From: Candidatus Aenigmatarchaeota archaeon
GTDB lineage: Archaea; Aenigmatarchaeota; Aenigmatarchaeia; GW2011-AR5; JAGGXF01
NCBI GenBank assembly: GCA_029932645.1
Contig: JAOZPR010000005.1
Coordinates: 13,337-36,701, forward strand
Length of the DNA stretch: 23,365 bases
Reading direction: 5' to 3'
Numbering within the stretch: position 1 is the stretch's first letter; the number at the start of each line of letters is the position of its first letter. This document shows, piece by piece, positions 1 to 9,147 of the stretch. A model generated the notes under the pieces. The model was not told the origin of the DNA. It made no database searches and was given only the letters and a program-made list of their open reading frames with translations. Position numbers and translations under genes: made by a program.

Positions 1-28
1 TTCTTTAATCAATTAAAAGGAACCTGGC

Positions 29-514
29 TTATTTTGGCTGTTCGTAAGAGGACAGGTTCTCTGGACAAAGAATTGTTGACCTATACCAGGATAGAACACG
101 GCTGTTGCTAACTGTTCTCACTTTTGATACAGCTGAAACAATATCTGTATCGTCGCATATGTTACCCACTCGCACAGCTATTGACTTATTGGCTGATATG
201 TGATCAAAACTCGTGTTGTGATCGTTTGTGAACATGTCTGCTGTGGCATACAATGTATCATCCTTGTAAATCTTGATGTCTGTTGTATTTATGGTATCAG
301 AACCTGTGTTTTTAAGAACAATAATACAGCCTTTTTCATTCAAACAGTCACCAAGAAGCTCTATGTCTATCTTTCCAAAGTCTTTTTCTATTATTATGAC
401 CTGTTTTTCTTTGATGTTGTAACCGACAAAGAACCCGAATGCAAAAATAACAGAAAGGGTCAATATCAATGAAATAAAAAGTAAAACAACTCTCTGGTCG
501 TTAGATTTTTTCAT
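29..514 (-). CDS. Hypothetical single-TM surface protein, weakly pilin/archaellin-like
   Basis: ORF 29..550; ATG at 514 (MKKSNDQR) is the more plausible start. A basic N-terminus is followed by a hydrophobic helix (VVLLFISLILTLSVIFAFGFFVGY) and a beta-rich domain with IVLKNTG..I....IKIY, reminiscent of archaeal pilin-like domains; 4 Cys. Confidence 0.6.
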   Translation of the reverse strand: MKKSNDQRVVLLFISLILTLSVIFAFGFFVGYNIKEKQVIIIEKDFGKIDIELLGDCLNEKGCIIVLKNTGSDTINTTDIKIYKDDTLYATADMFTNDHNTSFDHISANKSIAVRVGNICDDTDIVSAVSKVRTVSNSRVLSWYRSTILCPENLSSYEQPK

Positions 515-541
515 CCCAACCACAGATAAATCATGGGTAGT

Positions 542-554
542 AAAAAACAAAAAA
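542..554 (-). terminator. Oligo-U tract (TTTTTTGTTTTTT), archaeal-type terminator
   Basis: Plus strand AAAAAACAAAAAA, directly abutting the 555-620 stem. Confidence 0.45.
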
Positions 555-620
555 GTAATGGGAAGATAGAAGAATTTCTTGGAGGAAATAGTCTTCTGAA
601 GACCACACTCTTCCCACTAC
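555..620 (-). ncRNA. Candidate small structured RNA or attenuator leader
   Basis: On the minus strand GUAGUGGGAAGA (620-609) pairs fully with UCUUCCCAUUAC (566-555), including one G-U. There are internal hairpins, a TTTTTAAA box ~23 nt upstream (651-644) and a U-tract immediately downstream. Confidence 0.4.
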
Positions 621-717
621 CAAATAAAATATAACGAAAAATCTTTAAAAAGTTGTGATTTGTGATTTTTTATTACTCTCCCGGAAAAATTTTAAGATTT
701 TATAATTGCTTATTTGA

Positions 718-1560
718 TTATTTATTGTTCTGAACTAGCAGTTGTCTCGCCTGAGATATCAGATTATTGGTTTTCTTTTCGCTCAGACCTGTTTTCTTCT
801 TCAGCGTTCTTTCTGAGGTAATTATAAGATCATGCAGGCTAATAAAACCGTTCCTGAGTAGTGTTCTCTTCACAGCCAAAGTGGTTTTCAAAATTGTAAC
901 TGGAAAGAAATTCTTCTCCTCTATCATGGCTTCAAGGCTTTTTTTCATTCGTTTCGGATAGAACCAGCCCGTGAGTAACATACCCTTGGCTTTGGCATAT
1001 CTTATTGCGTGCTCTGAAAATTTTGTATTGGTGATGACCCAGGCCCTTGTGAAGTTATAGTTGTTCTTGGATTTGTTGTAGCCATCCTTTATATCCTCCA
1101 ACCTTGCCTCGACCTGGAGAACAACACCAAGGCCACAATACCGGTGTGGGTTTATATGTCTCTTACATTCTATTAAAAACAAGTCAGAATTCTTCTTTGC
1201 TATAACATCGACTTGGTGCTCAACAGAGGCTCCGCGTATAATCTTGTTCCAGTCACACTCAAATCCATGAGATGCCATCAGCTCTTTTACAAACTTTTCA
1301 AAACTTTCCGAGTCAATCTCAGCCAGGGCTTTTCTTAGTCTATAGTGATATGATGGTCTTAGCTCTTCTTCCTGCTTATCCAGCTTTTTCAAAACCATCT
1401 TGTATATTTCACGTGTTGTTATTCCGTCGTATGCTGACTGCTCTATCTCTGCTGCTATTTTTCTTGCCCTGCCTCTTGAAACACCAGCGCGCAGGCATGT
1501 TGCCTCTATCTTTCTTGGCATCAGCTCTTCCCGCCGGCCGTCCGCTTTTATTACGTACAT
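718..1560 (-). CDS. ATP-cone + Mrr-like PD-(D/E)xK endonuclease + C-terminal HhH protein
   Basis: N-terminal ATP cone (MYVIKADGRREE...KI...C..AG...TTREI), Mrr catalytic pattern (FEKFV..L....GF; HQVDVIA; LIECK; VITNTKFSEHAIRYA) and a RadA-N-like HhH tail (GLSEKKTNNLI). ATG at 1560 preferred over 1584. Confidence 0.85.
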   Translation of the reverse strand: MYVIKADGRREELMPRKIEATCLRAGVSRGRARKIAAEIEQSAYDGITTREIYKMVLKKLDKQEEELRPSYHYRLRKALAEIDSESFEKFVKELMASHGFECDWNKIIRGASVEHQVDVIAKKNSDLFLIECKRHINPHRYCGLGVVLQVEARLEDIKDGYNKSKNNYNFTRAWVITNTKFSEHAIRYAKAKGMLLTGWFYPKRMKKSLEAMIEEKNFFPVTILKTTLAVKRTLLRNGFISLHDLIITSERTLKKKTGLSEKKTNNLISQARQLLVQNNK

Positions 1561-1597
1561 GTTTTCGCACAACTCCATTAGCATGATTTACAAACTA

Positions 1598-3091
1598 TCA
1601 TTTAATTATCAGGCTTCTCGACATAATCTTGGGTTTTTTAATTTTCAGAAGCTGTAGAATGGTCGGGGCTATATTGTATAATGAATTTGCCTTGGACTTG
1701 GATAGCGTGTACCTTTCTTTCGTTATTAAAATAAACGGCACCCGGTTAAACGTATGAGCAGTGTGCGGCTTGCCGCGGTCTTTCATCTTCTCCACATTTC
1801 CGTGGTCTGCTGTGACGATTATATCATAACTATTTTCTTTCAATGCAGGTATTAATCTCTGCAGACATTTCTCAACAGCTTTCACAGCCTTCGTAGCCGC
1901 TGACAAAGAGCCTGTATGACCGACCATATCCCCGTTCGCAAAGTTCAGCATAATAACATCGTATGTCTTTTTTCGTATGATTGGCAAAAGTTTGTTTGTT
2001 ATCTTAAATGCGCTCATCTCTGGTTTTTTATCATATGTTGAAATCCTTGGTGATGGTATTATTATCTCTTTCTTCCCTCTCATTTTTTTGTATTTGCCGC
2101 CGTCAAAAAAATATGTTATATGCGCAAACTTTTCTGTCTCTGCGATTCTGAGCTGTCTCAGGCCGTGCTTTGCAAGGACATCACCAAGCGTTTCTCTTAT
2201 TTCCTGCCTGCGGAATGCCACGTTGGCTCCAACTTCATAATCAGTGAAAGAAACAAAATACAGGTTCTTGAGTTTTTTCCTTTTGAACTTGGTGAAGTTT
2301 TTTTCTATGAACGCGCGTGTCAACTGCTTCGCACGGTCAGCCCTGAAATTAAAGAAGATTATCGCATCGTTGTCCTTGACTGTGCGGTCTCCGAAAACAA
2401 GCGGCTCCAAGAACTCATCTGTTATGCCTTTTTTATATTCATAATCTATGGCACGGAAGCAAGTTTTGAAGTGCTTGCCCTTGCCGTTAACAAGCATGTC
2501 ATAGGCCTTTTTGATCCTGTCCCATCGGTTGTCGCGGTCCATGGCATAGTATCTTCCAGTTATGGACTGAATATGTCCTCCATACTTTTTTGTTTCCCTG
2601 AGAATTGCTCGGAGATATTTCTTGAACGCCTTTGGCGGGGTGTCCCTGCCGTCGCCAAACAGATGAAGAACCGGTTCTATTTTCTTGTTATGACATAATT
2701 GCAATAGAGCTATCAAATGATTTATGTGCGTGTGTATGCCTCCGTCGCTAAAAAGGCCCATGATATGCAGGCTTGAATTGTTCTTTTTAGCATGTCTGAT
2801 AGCCCTCGAGAGTTCCTTGTTTCTGAAAAATGACCTATTCTTGATTTCTTCATTTATTAAGAGCATTTCTTGTTTAACCAATCGTCCTGCTCCCATATGA
2901 AGATGACCAACCTCAGAACCGCCCAGACTATGCACAGGCAGGCCAACATAGTTCCCGTGCGCTCCTAATGTCGTGTGTGGATATTGTTTCCATAAAGACC
3001 AGAAGAATTTGGCGTGCGCAACAGGATTGGCGTGGCTACTTCTTCTCAGACCCCAGCCATCAAGAATTATAAGTGCAATGCGTCTGCTCAT
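1598..3091 (-). CDS. gpmI: 2,3-bisphosphoglycerate-independent phosphoglycerate mutase, bacterial type
   Basis: LIILDGWG, SEVGH, SDGGIH, DGRDTPP, GRYYAMDRDNRW, NFRADRA, AETEKFAH, NFANGDMVGHTG, TADHGN, HTAHT motifs. Confidence 0.97.
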   Translation of the reverse strand: MSRRIALIILDGWGLRRSSHANPVAHAKFFWSLWKQYPHTTLGAHGNYVGLPVHSLGGSEVGHLHMGAGRLVKQEMLLINEEIKNRSFFRNKELSRAIRHAKKNNSSLHIMGLFSDGGIHTHINHLIALLQLCHNKKIEPVLHLFGDGRDTPPKAFKKYLRAILRETKKYGGHIQSITGRYYAMDRDNRWDRIKKAYDMLVNGKGKHFKTCFRAIDYEYKKGITDEFLEPLVFGDRTVKDNDAIIFFNFRADRAKQLTRAFIEKNFTKFKRKKLKNLYFVSFTDYEVGANVAFRRQEIRETLGDVLAKHGLRQLRIAETEKFAHITYFFDGGKYKKMRGKKEIIIPSPRISTYDKKPEMSAFKITNKLLPIIRKKTYDVIMLNFANGDMVGHTGSLSAATKAVKAVEKCLQRLIPALKENSYDIIVTADHGNVEKMKDRGKPHTAHTFNRVPFILITKERYTLSKSKANSLYNIAPTILQLLKIKKPKIMSRSLIIK

Positions 3092-3112
3092 AACTATTCT
3101 CTTATTAACGAC

Positions 3113-3127
3113 ATATAAAAGTTTTTG
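3113..3127 (-). promoter_or_regulatory. BRE/TATA promoter, probably giving a leaderless gpmI mRNA
   Basis: Minus strand CAAAAAC-TTTTATAT ending 21 nt before the ATG; no SD present. Confidence 0.55.
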
Positions 3128-3147
3128 TTGTTGGATGGCCAGCTGCT

Positions 3148-4134
3148 CTAGTCGCCTTCTATCAGACCATTCATCCTCGCGTGCCTACCAACAGTAGAAT
3201 TTATCAGTGAAAGGTTGGACAATCTCGCAGCCTCATCGATAATTGTGCTCTTTATCTTACAATTCTCTATGACAGCATTTTCAAACAATATCGAATTTTC
3301 TATCACAGAGTCTATCACTTTGCAGTTCTCTCCGATAAAGACATTACCCTTAATTTCGCTCCCCTGGAGAACAACATTTTTCCCGATATGTTGCGCTTCT
3401 TGCATGTGCTCAAAATTGCTCTTCAGGTACGAACTATGATCCCCTATATCATACCATGCCTCATTAAAGACAAATCCATAGATGTCAACTAGCTGATAAA
3501 GCCACTCAAGAAAATATCCCGGCGCGTCCGGATTGTTTCCGCCTTCCAGATATTTCGAGAATAATGGCAGAATCTCTCTCGGAAATATGTAACAAGCTGT
3601 GCTCACAAGTGTTGATTTCGGATTCATTGGCTTTTCTTGAAACTCCTTGATTCTGTTGGTGTCATCTATCACCGCAATACCGTATATTCCTGCTATTTTT
3701 TTCTTGTCCTGCGCATTATGTAAAGCTACCACAGGATATCCTATTTTCTTGTAGAATATCAAAAACTCTTCAAGACTGAAATCGAAAATATTGTCGCCTG
3801 CTATTATCATGACATCTTCATCTACTGCTTTTTCCTGAAACACAAGATTAAGAGCACCTACCGTGCCAAGCTTATCGTGCTCTTTTGTAGAAGGCTCTAT
3901 AAACAATTCTATTTTTTTATCAGATTTTATCGTTTTTAGCCAGGACTTGAAATCCCCTTCAAAGGCCTGATTCGTAGAAACGATTACGTGGGTTATTTCG
4001 TCTATGTCTTCTAGCTTTTCAATTATATAATTTATAATCGGCTTGCCAGCAACAGTGAGCAAAGGCTTTGGTCTTTGATGTGTTATTGGCCACAATCTCT
4101 TGGCATAACCGCCTGCTAATATCACGGCTTTCAT
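3148..4134 (-). CDS. NDP-sugar synthase (sugar-1-phosphate nucleotidyltransferase) with C-terminal left-handed beta-helix
   Basis: MKAVILAGGYAKRLWP, PKPLL, GDN, FQEKP, WYDIG, then hexapeptide repeats. SD GAGGGT lies 6 nt before ATG 4134 (4140 is the alternative). Confidence 0.9.
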   Translation of the reverse strand: MKAVILAGGYAKRLWPITHQRPKPLLTVAGKPIINYIIEKLEDIDEITHVIVSTNQAFEGDFKSWLKTIKSDKKIELFIEPSTKEHDKLGTVGALNLVFQEKAVDEDVMIIAGDNIFDFSLEEFLIFYKKIGYPVVALHNAQDKKKIAGIYGIAVIDDTNRIKEFQEKPMNPKSTLVSTACYIFPREILPLFSKYLEGGNNPDAPGYFLEWLYQLVDIYGFVFNEAWYDIGDHSSYLKSNFEHMQEAQHIGKNVVLQGSEIKGNVFIGENCKVIDSVIENSILFENAVIENCKIKSTIIDEAARLSNLSLINSTVGRHARMNGLIEGD

Positions 4135-4209
4135 ATACATACCCTCTTGTTCCCAATTCTCTTATTCTCAATTATAGTCTCCTAGTTGCAGCCTTGGGCT
4201 GCTTCATTG

Positions 4210-4241
4210 TCAAGTTAGTAAATTATATCAGGTTAGTAAAT
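4210..4241. repeat. Tandem 14-bp direct repeat TCA(A/G)GTTAGTAAAT with 18-bp period
   Basis: 4210-4223 and 4228-4241, one mismatch, in the pgk/NDP-sugar synthase intergenic region. Confidence 0.6.
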
Positions 4242-4295
4242 CAGCAAGATACTAAAAAATAAAACTAAGTAGTAAAACATATCCAGCCAAACTTT

Positions 4296-5498
4296 TTAAG
4301 CCTTTGGCCTCTTGGCTGTTTCTAGGGTTTTCAAAACAGGCATATTCTCTCCAGACAGGTAACTTATAAGGGCTCCGCCAGCAAGGCTTATGAATGAGAA
4401 CTTGTCTTTTGGTATGCCAAGCTCTTCTATAGCAGAAGTGCTGTGACCGCCACCGACAAGAGAAAATGCATTAGAATCAGCAACAGCTGTGAATATTTTT
4501 CTCGTTCCCATGTCAAACCCCTTCTCAACAACCCCGGCTGTTCCGTTCAAGACTATAAACTTCGCGCTCTTTATGGTTTCTGCATACTTGTCACATGTTT
4601 TTGCTCCCATATCATAAATTTTTTCCCGAATGGGCATATCATCAATTATGATGGTCTTCTTGGTCTCGGTAATCATATCAATAGGTATTTCTATTTTATT
4701 TGCCGTGCTCTCCAACAGTTCTTTTGCCTTTGGCACAAAACCCCAGTAGTCATTATCCTTCAAGAATTTTTCAGGCTCTCCCATAACAATGCCTTTTGCC
4801 GCGATAAAAATCTGTGCAATAACACCTGTGGTGAGCACGCTTTGTAAGATTCCCTGTTCAGAAAAGTGCTCTATGATTTTCAGTGCATCTTCCGGTTTTG
4901 CCCCGCCCAAAACAAGCACGGCTTTTTCTGATTTTATCTTTTCTAATGCATCTAGCTCGTGTTGCATCTCTCTCCCCAGTACTGTTGGCAACAAAGGCAT
5001 AAAGCCAACAAGGGATGCCTGGCCACGGTGGGCAGCTGAGAATGCATCTATAACAAAAAAGTCAGCTTCTTTTGCCAAGGTTTGAACGAAATCGGTTTTT
5101 GAGTGCTCTTCTGGCGTGACCTTTTCCATCTCCTCTTTCAAACTGCGAACATTATCCAAAATGAGAATATTACCGTTCTTCAACGCTCTTATTTTTTTTA
5201 TCGCCTTTTCTCCATATATGTCATCGACAAACATTACGTCCTTGCTTGTGTGCTTAGAAAGCAGTTCAGCGTGCTGCTCGAGGTTAACAAAATCTTTGTC
5301 TCCGGGCCTACCCTGGTGAGCAAGCACAACCACCTTTGCTCCCTTGTCAGACAGCTCTTTCAATGTCTCAGCAGCTGCCCTGACTCTCGGGTTGTCCTGC
5401 ACCTTCCCATCAACAACAGGAGAATTAATGTCAGCCCTAACAAGAACGGTCTTGCCAGAAACATCTACATCATCTAGAGTACTAAACGTACTAAACAC
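4296..5498 (-). CDS. pgk: Phosphoglycerate kinase, archaeal type
   Basis: VLVRADINSP, LAHQGRPG, DAFSAAHR, LGGAK, GGGHS, ISLAGGA; GTG start with SD GAGGTGA (5509-5503). Confidence 0.97.
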   Translation of the reverse strand: MFSTFSTLDDVDVSGKTVLVRADINSPVVDGKVQDNPRVRAAAETLKELSDKGAKVVVLAHQGRPGDKDFVNLEQHAELLSKHTSKDVMFVDDIYGEKAIKKIRALKNGNILILDNVRSLKEEMEKVTPEEHSKTDFVQTLAKEADFFVIDAFSAAHRGQASLVGFMPLLPTVLGREMQHELDALEKIKSEKAVLVLGGAKPEDALKIIEHFSEQGILQSVLTTGVIAQIFIAAKGIVMGEPEKFLKDNDYWGFVPKAKELLESTANKIEIPIDMITETKKTIIIDDMPIREKIYDMGAKTCDKYAETIKSAKFIVLNGTAGVVEKGFDMGTRKIFTAVADSNAFSLVGGGHSTSAIEELGIPKDKFSFISLAGGALISYLSGENMPVLKTLETAKRPKA

Positions 5499-5601
5499 AA
5501 AATCACCTCTTTACCTCCAGCCAAACCACAGACATTATCATTCCGTCGATGCCATTCAACCATATTTATTTTATTATTTTATCTCATTGTTTTATTTTTT
5601 A

Positions 5602-6645
<1,044 letters not shown>

Positions 6646-6648
6646 TTA

Positions 6649-6674
6649 TTTATTTACAGTTAAGCATAAATAAA
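6649..6674. promoter_or_regulatory. Overlapping divergent TATA boxes for gap and hydB (TTTATTTA-N10-TAAATAAA)
   Basis: Perfect 8-bp inverted repeat in the 68-bp intergenic region; the plus-strand box ends 21 nt before the hydB ATG. Confidence 0.5.
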
Positions 6675-6677
6675 GTT

Positions 6678-7613
6678 ATGAAGCTGCTCAATCAGAAAGC
6701 CTTTTTTGATTTCTTAGGCCAATTGATTAAAAAATATGAATTTTATGCACCCATATCGCAGAAGGAGTTTGACCTGATCAAGCGACCAGAAGACATCTGT
6801 TTTGATTATATTAGAACAGATGTACCAGCCAAAAATATTTTTTTCCCTCGCGAAGAAGTGCTAATGAAATTCTCTGACGAGCGAATAAAAATCATCAAAC
6901 CACGGATGAAAAAAAAGACCATAATCTTTGGGTTGCGCTCCTGCGACCTAGCGGCAATAGAAATCATGGACAAAATATTTGAGAATGACGTCTGGTACAC
7001 GACCAGAAGGATCAACTCGATTCTTATTGGTATGGCGTGCAACAAGACAGATGAATATTGCTTTTGCGCGTCCTTTGGTATAAACCCAAGGGACGGTGAT
7101 GCTGATTTGTGGGTAACCAAGGAAGCTGATAAATTTTTTCTGCGGGAAAAAACCGACGAAGGAAAAAAACTGGTGAAAGGCCTGACGAACACACGAAAAA
7201 AGCCGAAGAAAAGAAGACTGAAGTTCAAGAAAAGGGTTCTTTTCAATAAGAAGGAACTCAAAAAACTCAAGCAACTTGATTTTGATAACTGGAAAGAATG
7301 CTTGGCCTGTGGAGCATGCACAACGGTTTGTCCAACATGCCACTGTTTTGATGTCGTGGACGTTGCTGAACAAGACCTCAGAAGTGGCGTGAGAAAACGT
7401 GTGTGGGCATCCTGCATGGAAAGGGACTTCTCAAGGGTTGCCGGCGATGCCATCCTCCGAAGCAAAAGAACAGACCGGCTGCGGCAATGGGTCCTGGATA
7501 AATTCGTTTATTTTGAGCATCATTACGGCCACATGGGCTGCGTCGGCTGCGGTCGTTGCATCAAGGCATGTCCTGTCGGAATAGATATAAGGAAGATACT
7601 GAAAAAGAAATGA
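6678..7613 (+). CDS. hydB: Group 3b [NiFe]-hydrogenase (sulfhydrogenase) beta subunit, AsrA-like 4Fe-4S protein
   Basis: GLRSCD, C-x5-CFC, CLACGACTTVCPTCHC, R.W.SC, R.RQW..DKF, CVGCGRCIKACP. Confidence 0.9.
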   Translation: MKLLNQKAFFDFLGQLIKKYEFYAPISQKEFDLIKRPEDICFDYIRTDVPAKNIFFPREEVLMKFSDERIKIIKPRMKKKTIIFGLRSCDLAAIEIMDKIFENDVWYTTRRINSILIGMACNKTDEYCFCASFGINPRDGDADLWVTKEADKFFLREKTDEGKKLVKGLTNTRKKPKKRRLKFKKRVLFNKKELKKLKQLDFDNWKECLACGACTTVCPTCHCFDVVDVAEQDLRSGVRKRVWASCMERDFSRVAGDAILRSKRTDRLRQWVLDKFVYFEHHYGHMGCVGCGRCIKACPVGIDIRKILKKK

Positions 7614-7642
7614 AAAAAATGATAATAAAAAATGAATAAACT

Positions 7643-8407
7643 ATGAGTGGTAAAATGGAAAAACTCAAGCGCGTGAAGATAACCAAAACCAAGAAAGAGG
7701 CGCCTGATACTTTTACATTCAGGGTTCAGAACAAACTTGGTAAAATCGAGCCAGGACAATTTGTCTTCGTGTCTATCAACACGGTTGGCGAGGCGCCGAT
7801 ATCCGTGTCGTCGATACAAAAGAAATATATCGAGCTTACCGTGAAAAAACTCGGGCTGGTCACAACCGCGCTTTTCCAGAAAAAGGTTGGCGACTCGGTC
7901 TACGTACGCGGACCTTACGGAAACGCTTTTCCGAAAGCAAAACAGTACATACTTGTGGCTGGCGGTTTCGGCCTGGCACCGCTAAAAGCGCTCATAGAAG
8001 AAAGACCGAAGAACATAAAAAAACTCTTTTACGGCGCGTGCACGTACAGAGACATGATATTTAAGGATGAGCTCAAAAACTGGCAGTTCGCAGAGATGAT
8101 AGCAGAGAAAAGGACCCGCGGATGCCGTCTGGCAACCGGTCTTGTAACTGACTTAATAGACAAGGCAAAGTTAAGCCCTGTTGCTACCGTAATAATATGC
8201 GGCCCACCAATAATGCTCAAGTTTGTCGCACAGGCTCTGGAGAAAAAAGGGTTCAGGGATAGGCAAATATACGCTTCGCTTGAGAAAACCATGCACTGCG
8301 GGACTGGTATATGCGGTCACTGCAATATTGGTTCATATTACGTGTGTAAGGATGGTCCGGTTTTCAGGCTTGATAAAATAAAAGGATTTGAAGAAAAAAT
8401 TATTTAA
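7643..8407 (+). CDS. hydG: Group 3b hydrogenase gamma subunit (FAD/NAD(P)-binding, 2Fe-2S)
   Basis: PGQF, GEAPIS, RGPYGN, AGGFGLAPL, CGPPIM, CGTGICGHC...VCKDGPVF. Confidence 0.92.
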   Translation: MSGKMEKLKRVKITKTKKEAPDTFTFRVQNKLGKIEPGQFVFVSINTVGEAPISVSSIQKKYIELTVKKLGLVTTALFQKKVGDSVYVRGPYGNAFPKAKQYILVAGGFGLAPLKALIEERPKNIKKLFYGACTYRDMIFKDELKNWQFAEMIAEKRTRGCRLATGLVTDLIDKAKLSPVATVIICGPPIMLKFVAQALEKKGFRDRQIYASLEKTMHCGTGICGHCNIGSYYVCKDGPVFRLDKIKGFEEKII

Positions 8408-8438
8408 TTGCGCGCGCAGTGTCATAGTAGGGATTTGT

Positions 8439-9146
8439 ATGACGAAAAGAAAAAGGCTCCGTATTGGTAATTTCTGGATGGCTGGTTGCATAGGGTGTCA
8501 GCTTGAGTTATTTAATGTACAAGACGGCACCATAGACTTTGCGGACTATCTTGATATAATAAACTTTGATTTAATTCAAGAGAAGAATATAGCAGGTCCG
8601 CTTGACATCGCCTTTGTTGAAGGTGCGATAACAAACAAAAAAGAGGAAGAAGAGCTGCGCAAGATAAGAAAAGAAAGCAAAATACTTGTTGCGCTTGGTA
8701 GCTGCGCGTGTTTTGGTTGTATACCTGGCCTCAAGAATTTTATACGCGGCCGGCCTTTTGGCGTTGCAAAACCGCTACATAAATTCGTAAAGGTTGACTA
8801 CAGATTGCGCGGATGTCCGATAAACAGGAAAGAGTTTATAGATCTTGTCAGACACCTGACAAGAGGTCTTCCGTATAGGGAAAACACATCACCGGTCTGC
8901 ACAGAGTGTCCTCTGAAGGGCAGCGACTGTTTTTTGAAAAAGGGCATCCCATGTATGGGCCCTATTACGGCAGCGGGCTGCGAAGCAATATGTATGAAAA
9001 ACGGTCAGGCCTGTGAGGGATGCAGAGGCCCGATACCAAATGCGAACATATCATCTTTATTCGAATTGTTTGAAAAATTCGGCATGAAACCCAGAGACAT
9101 AAGAAAAAAATTCAGAAAATTCGCCGGAAAAGCCTTTGGTGAATAA
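8439..9146 (+). CDS. hydD: Group 3b hydrogenase small (delta) subunit
   Basis: GCIGCQ, VEGAI, LGSCA, GCP, VCTEC, CMGPITAAGCEAIC, CEGCRG; ATG 8439 preferred over TTG 8388. Confidence 0.92.
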   Translation: MTKRKRLRIGNFWMAGCIGCQLELFNVQDGTIDFADYLDIINFDLIQEKNIAGPLDIAFVEGAITNKKEEEELRKIRKESKILVALGSCACFGCIPGLKNFIRGRPFGVAKPLHKFVKVDYRLRGCPINRKEFIDLVRHLTRGLPYRENTSPVCTECPLKGSDCFLKKGIPCMGPITAAGCEAICMKNGQACEGCRGPIPNANISSLFELFEKFGMKPRDIRKKFRKFAGKAFGE

Positions 9147-9147
9147 G

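Noticed and set aside
555..620. tRNA or C/D box RNA interpretation of the structured element
   Set aside because: No cloverleaf or T-loop (TTCRA), and no RUGAUGA/CUGA box pair on the minus strand.
5479..5496. 9-bp tandem duplication GTACTAAAC (FSTFST) at the pgk start
   Set aside because: In frame, only two copies, no evident consequence.
5474..5563. 29-codon minus-strand ORF (MVEWHRR...) overlapping the pgk start
   Set aside because: No SD or similarity; short ORFs of this size are expected by chance.
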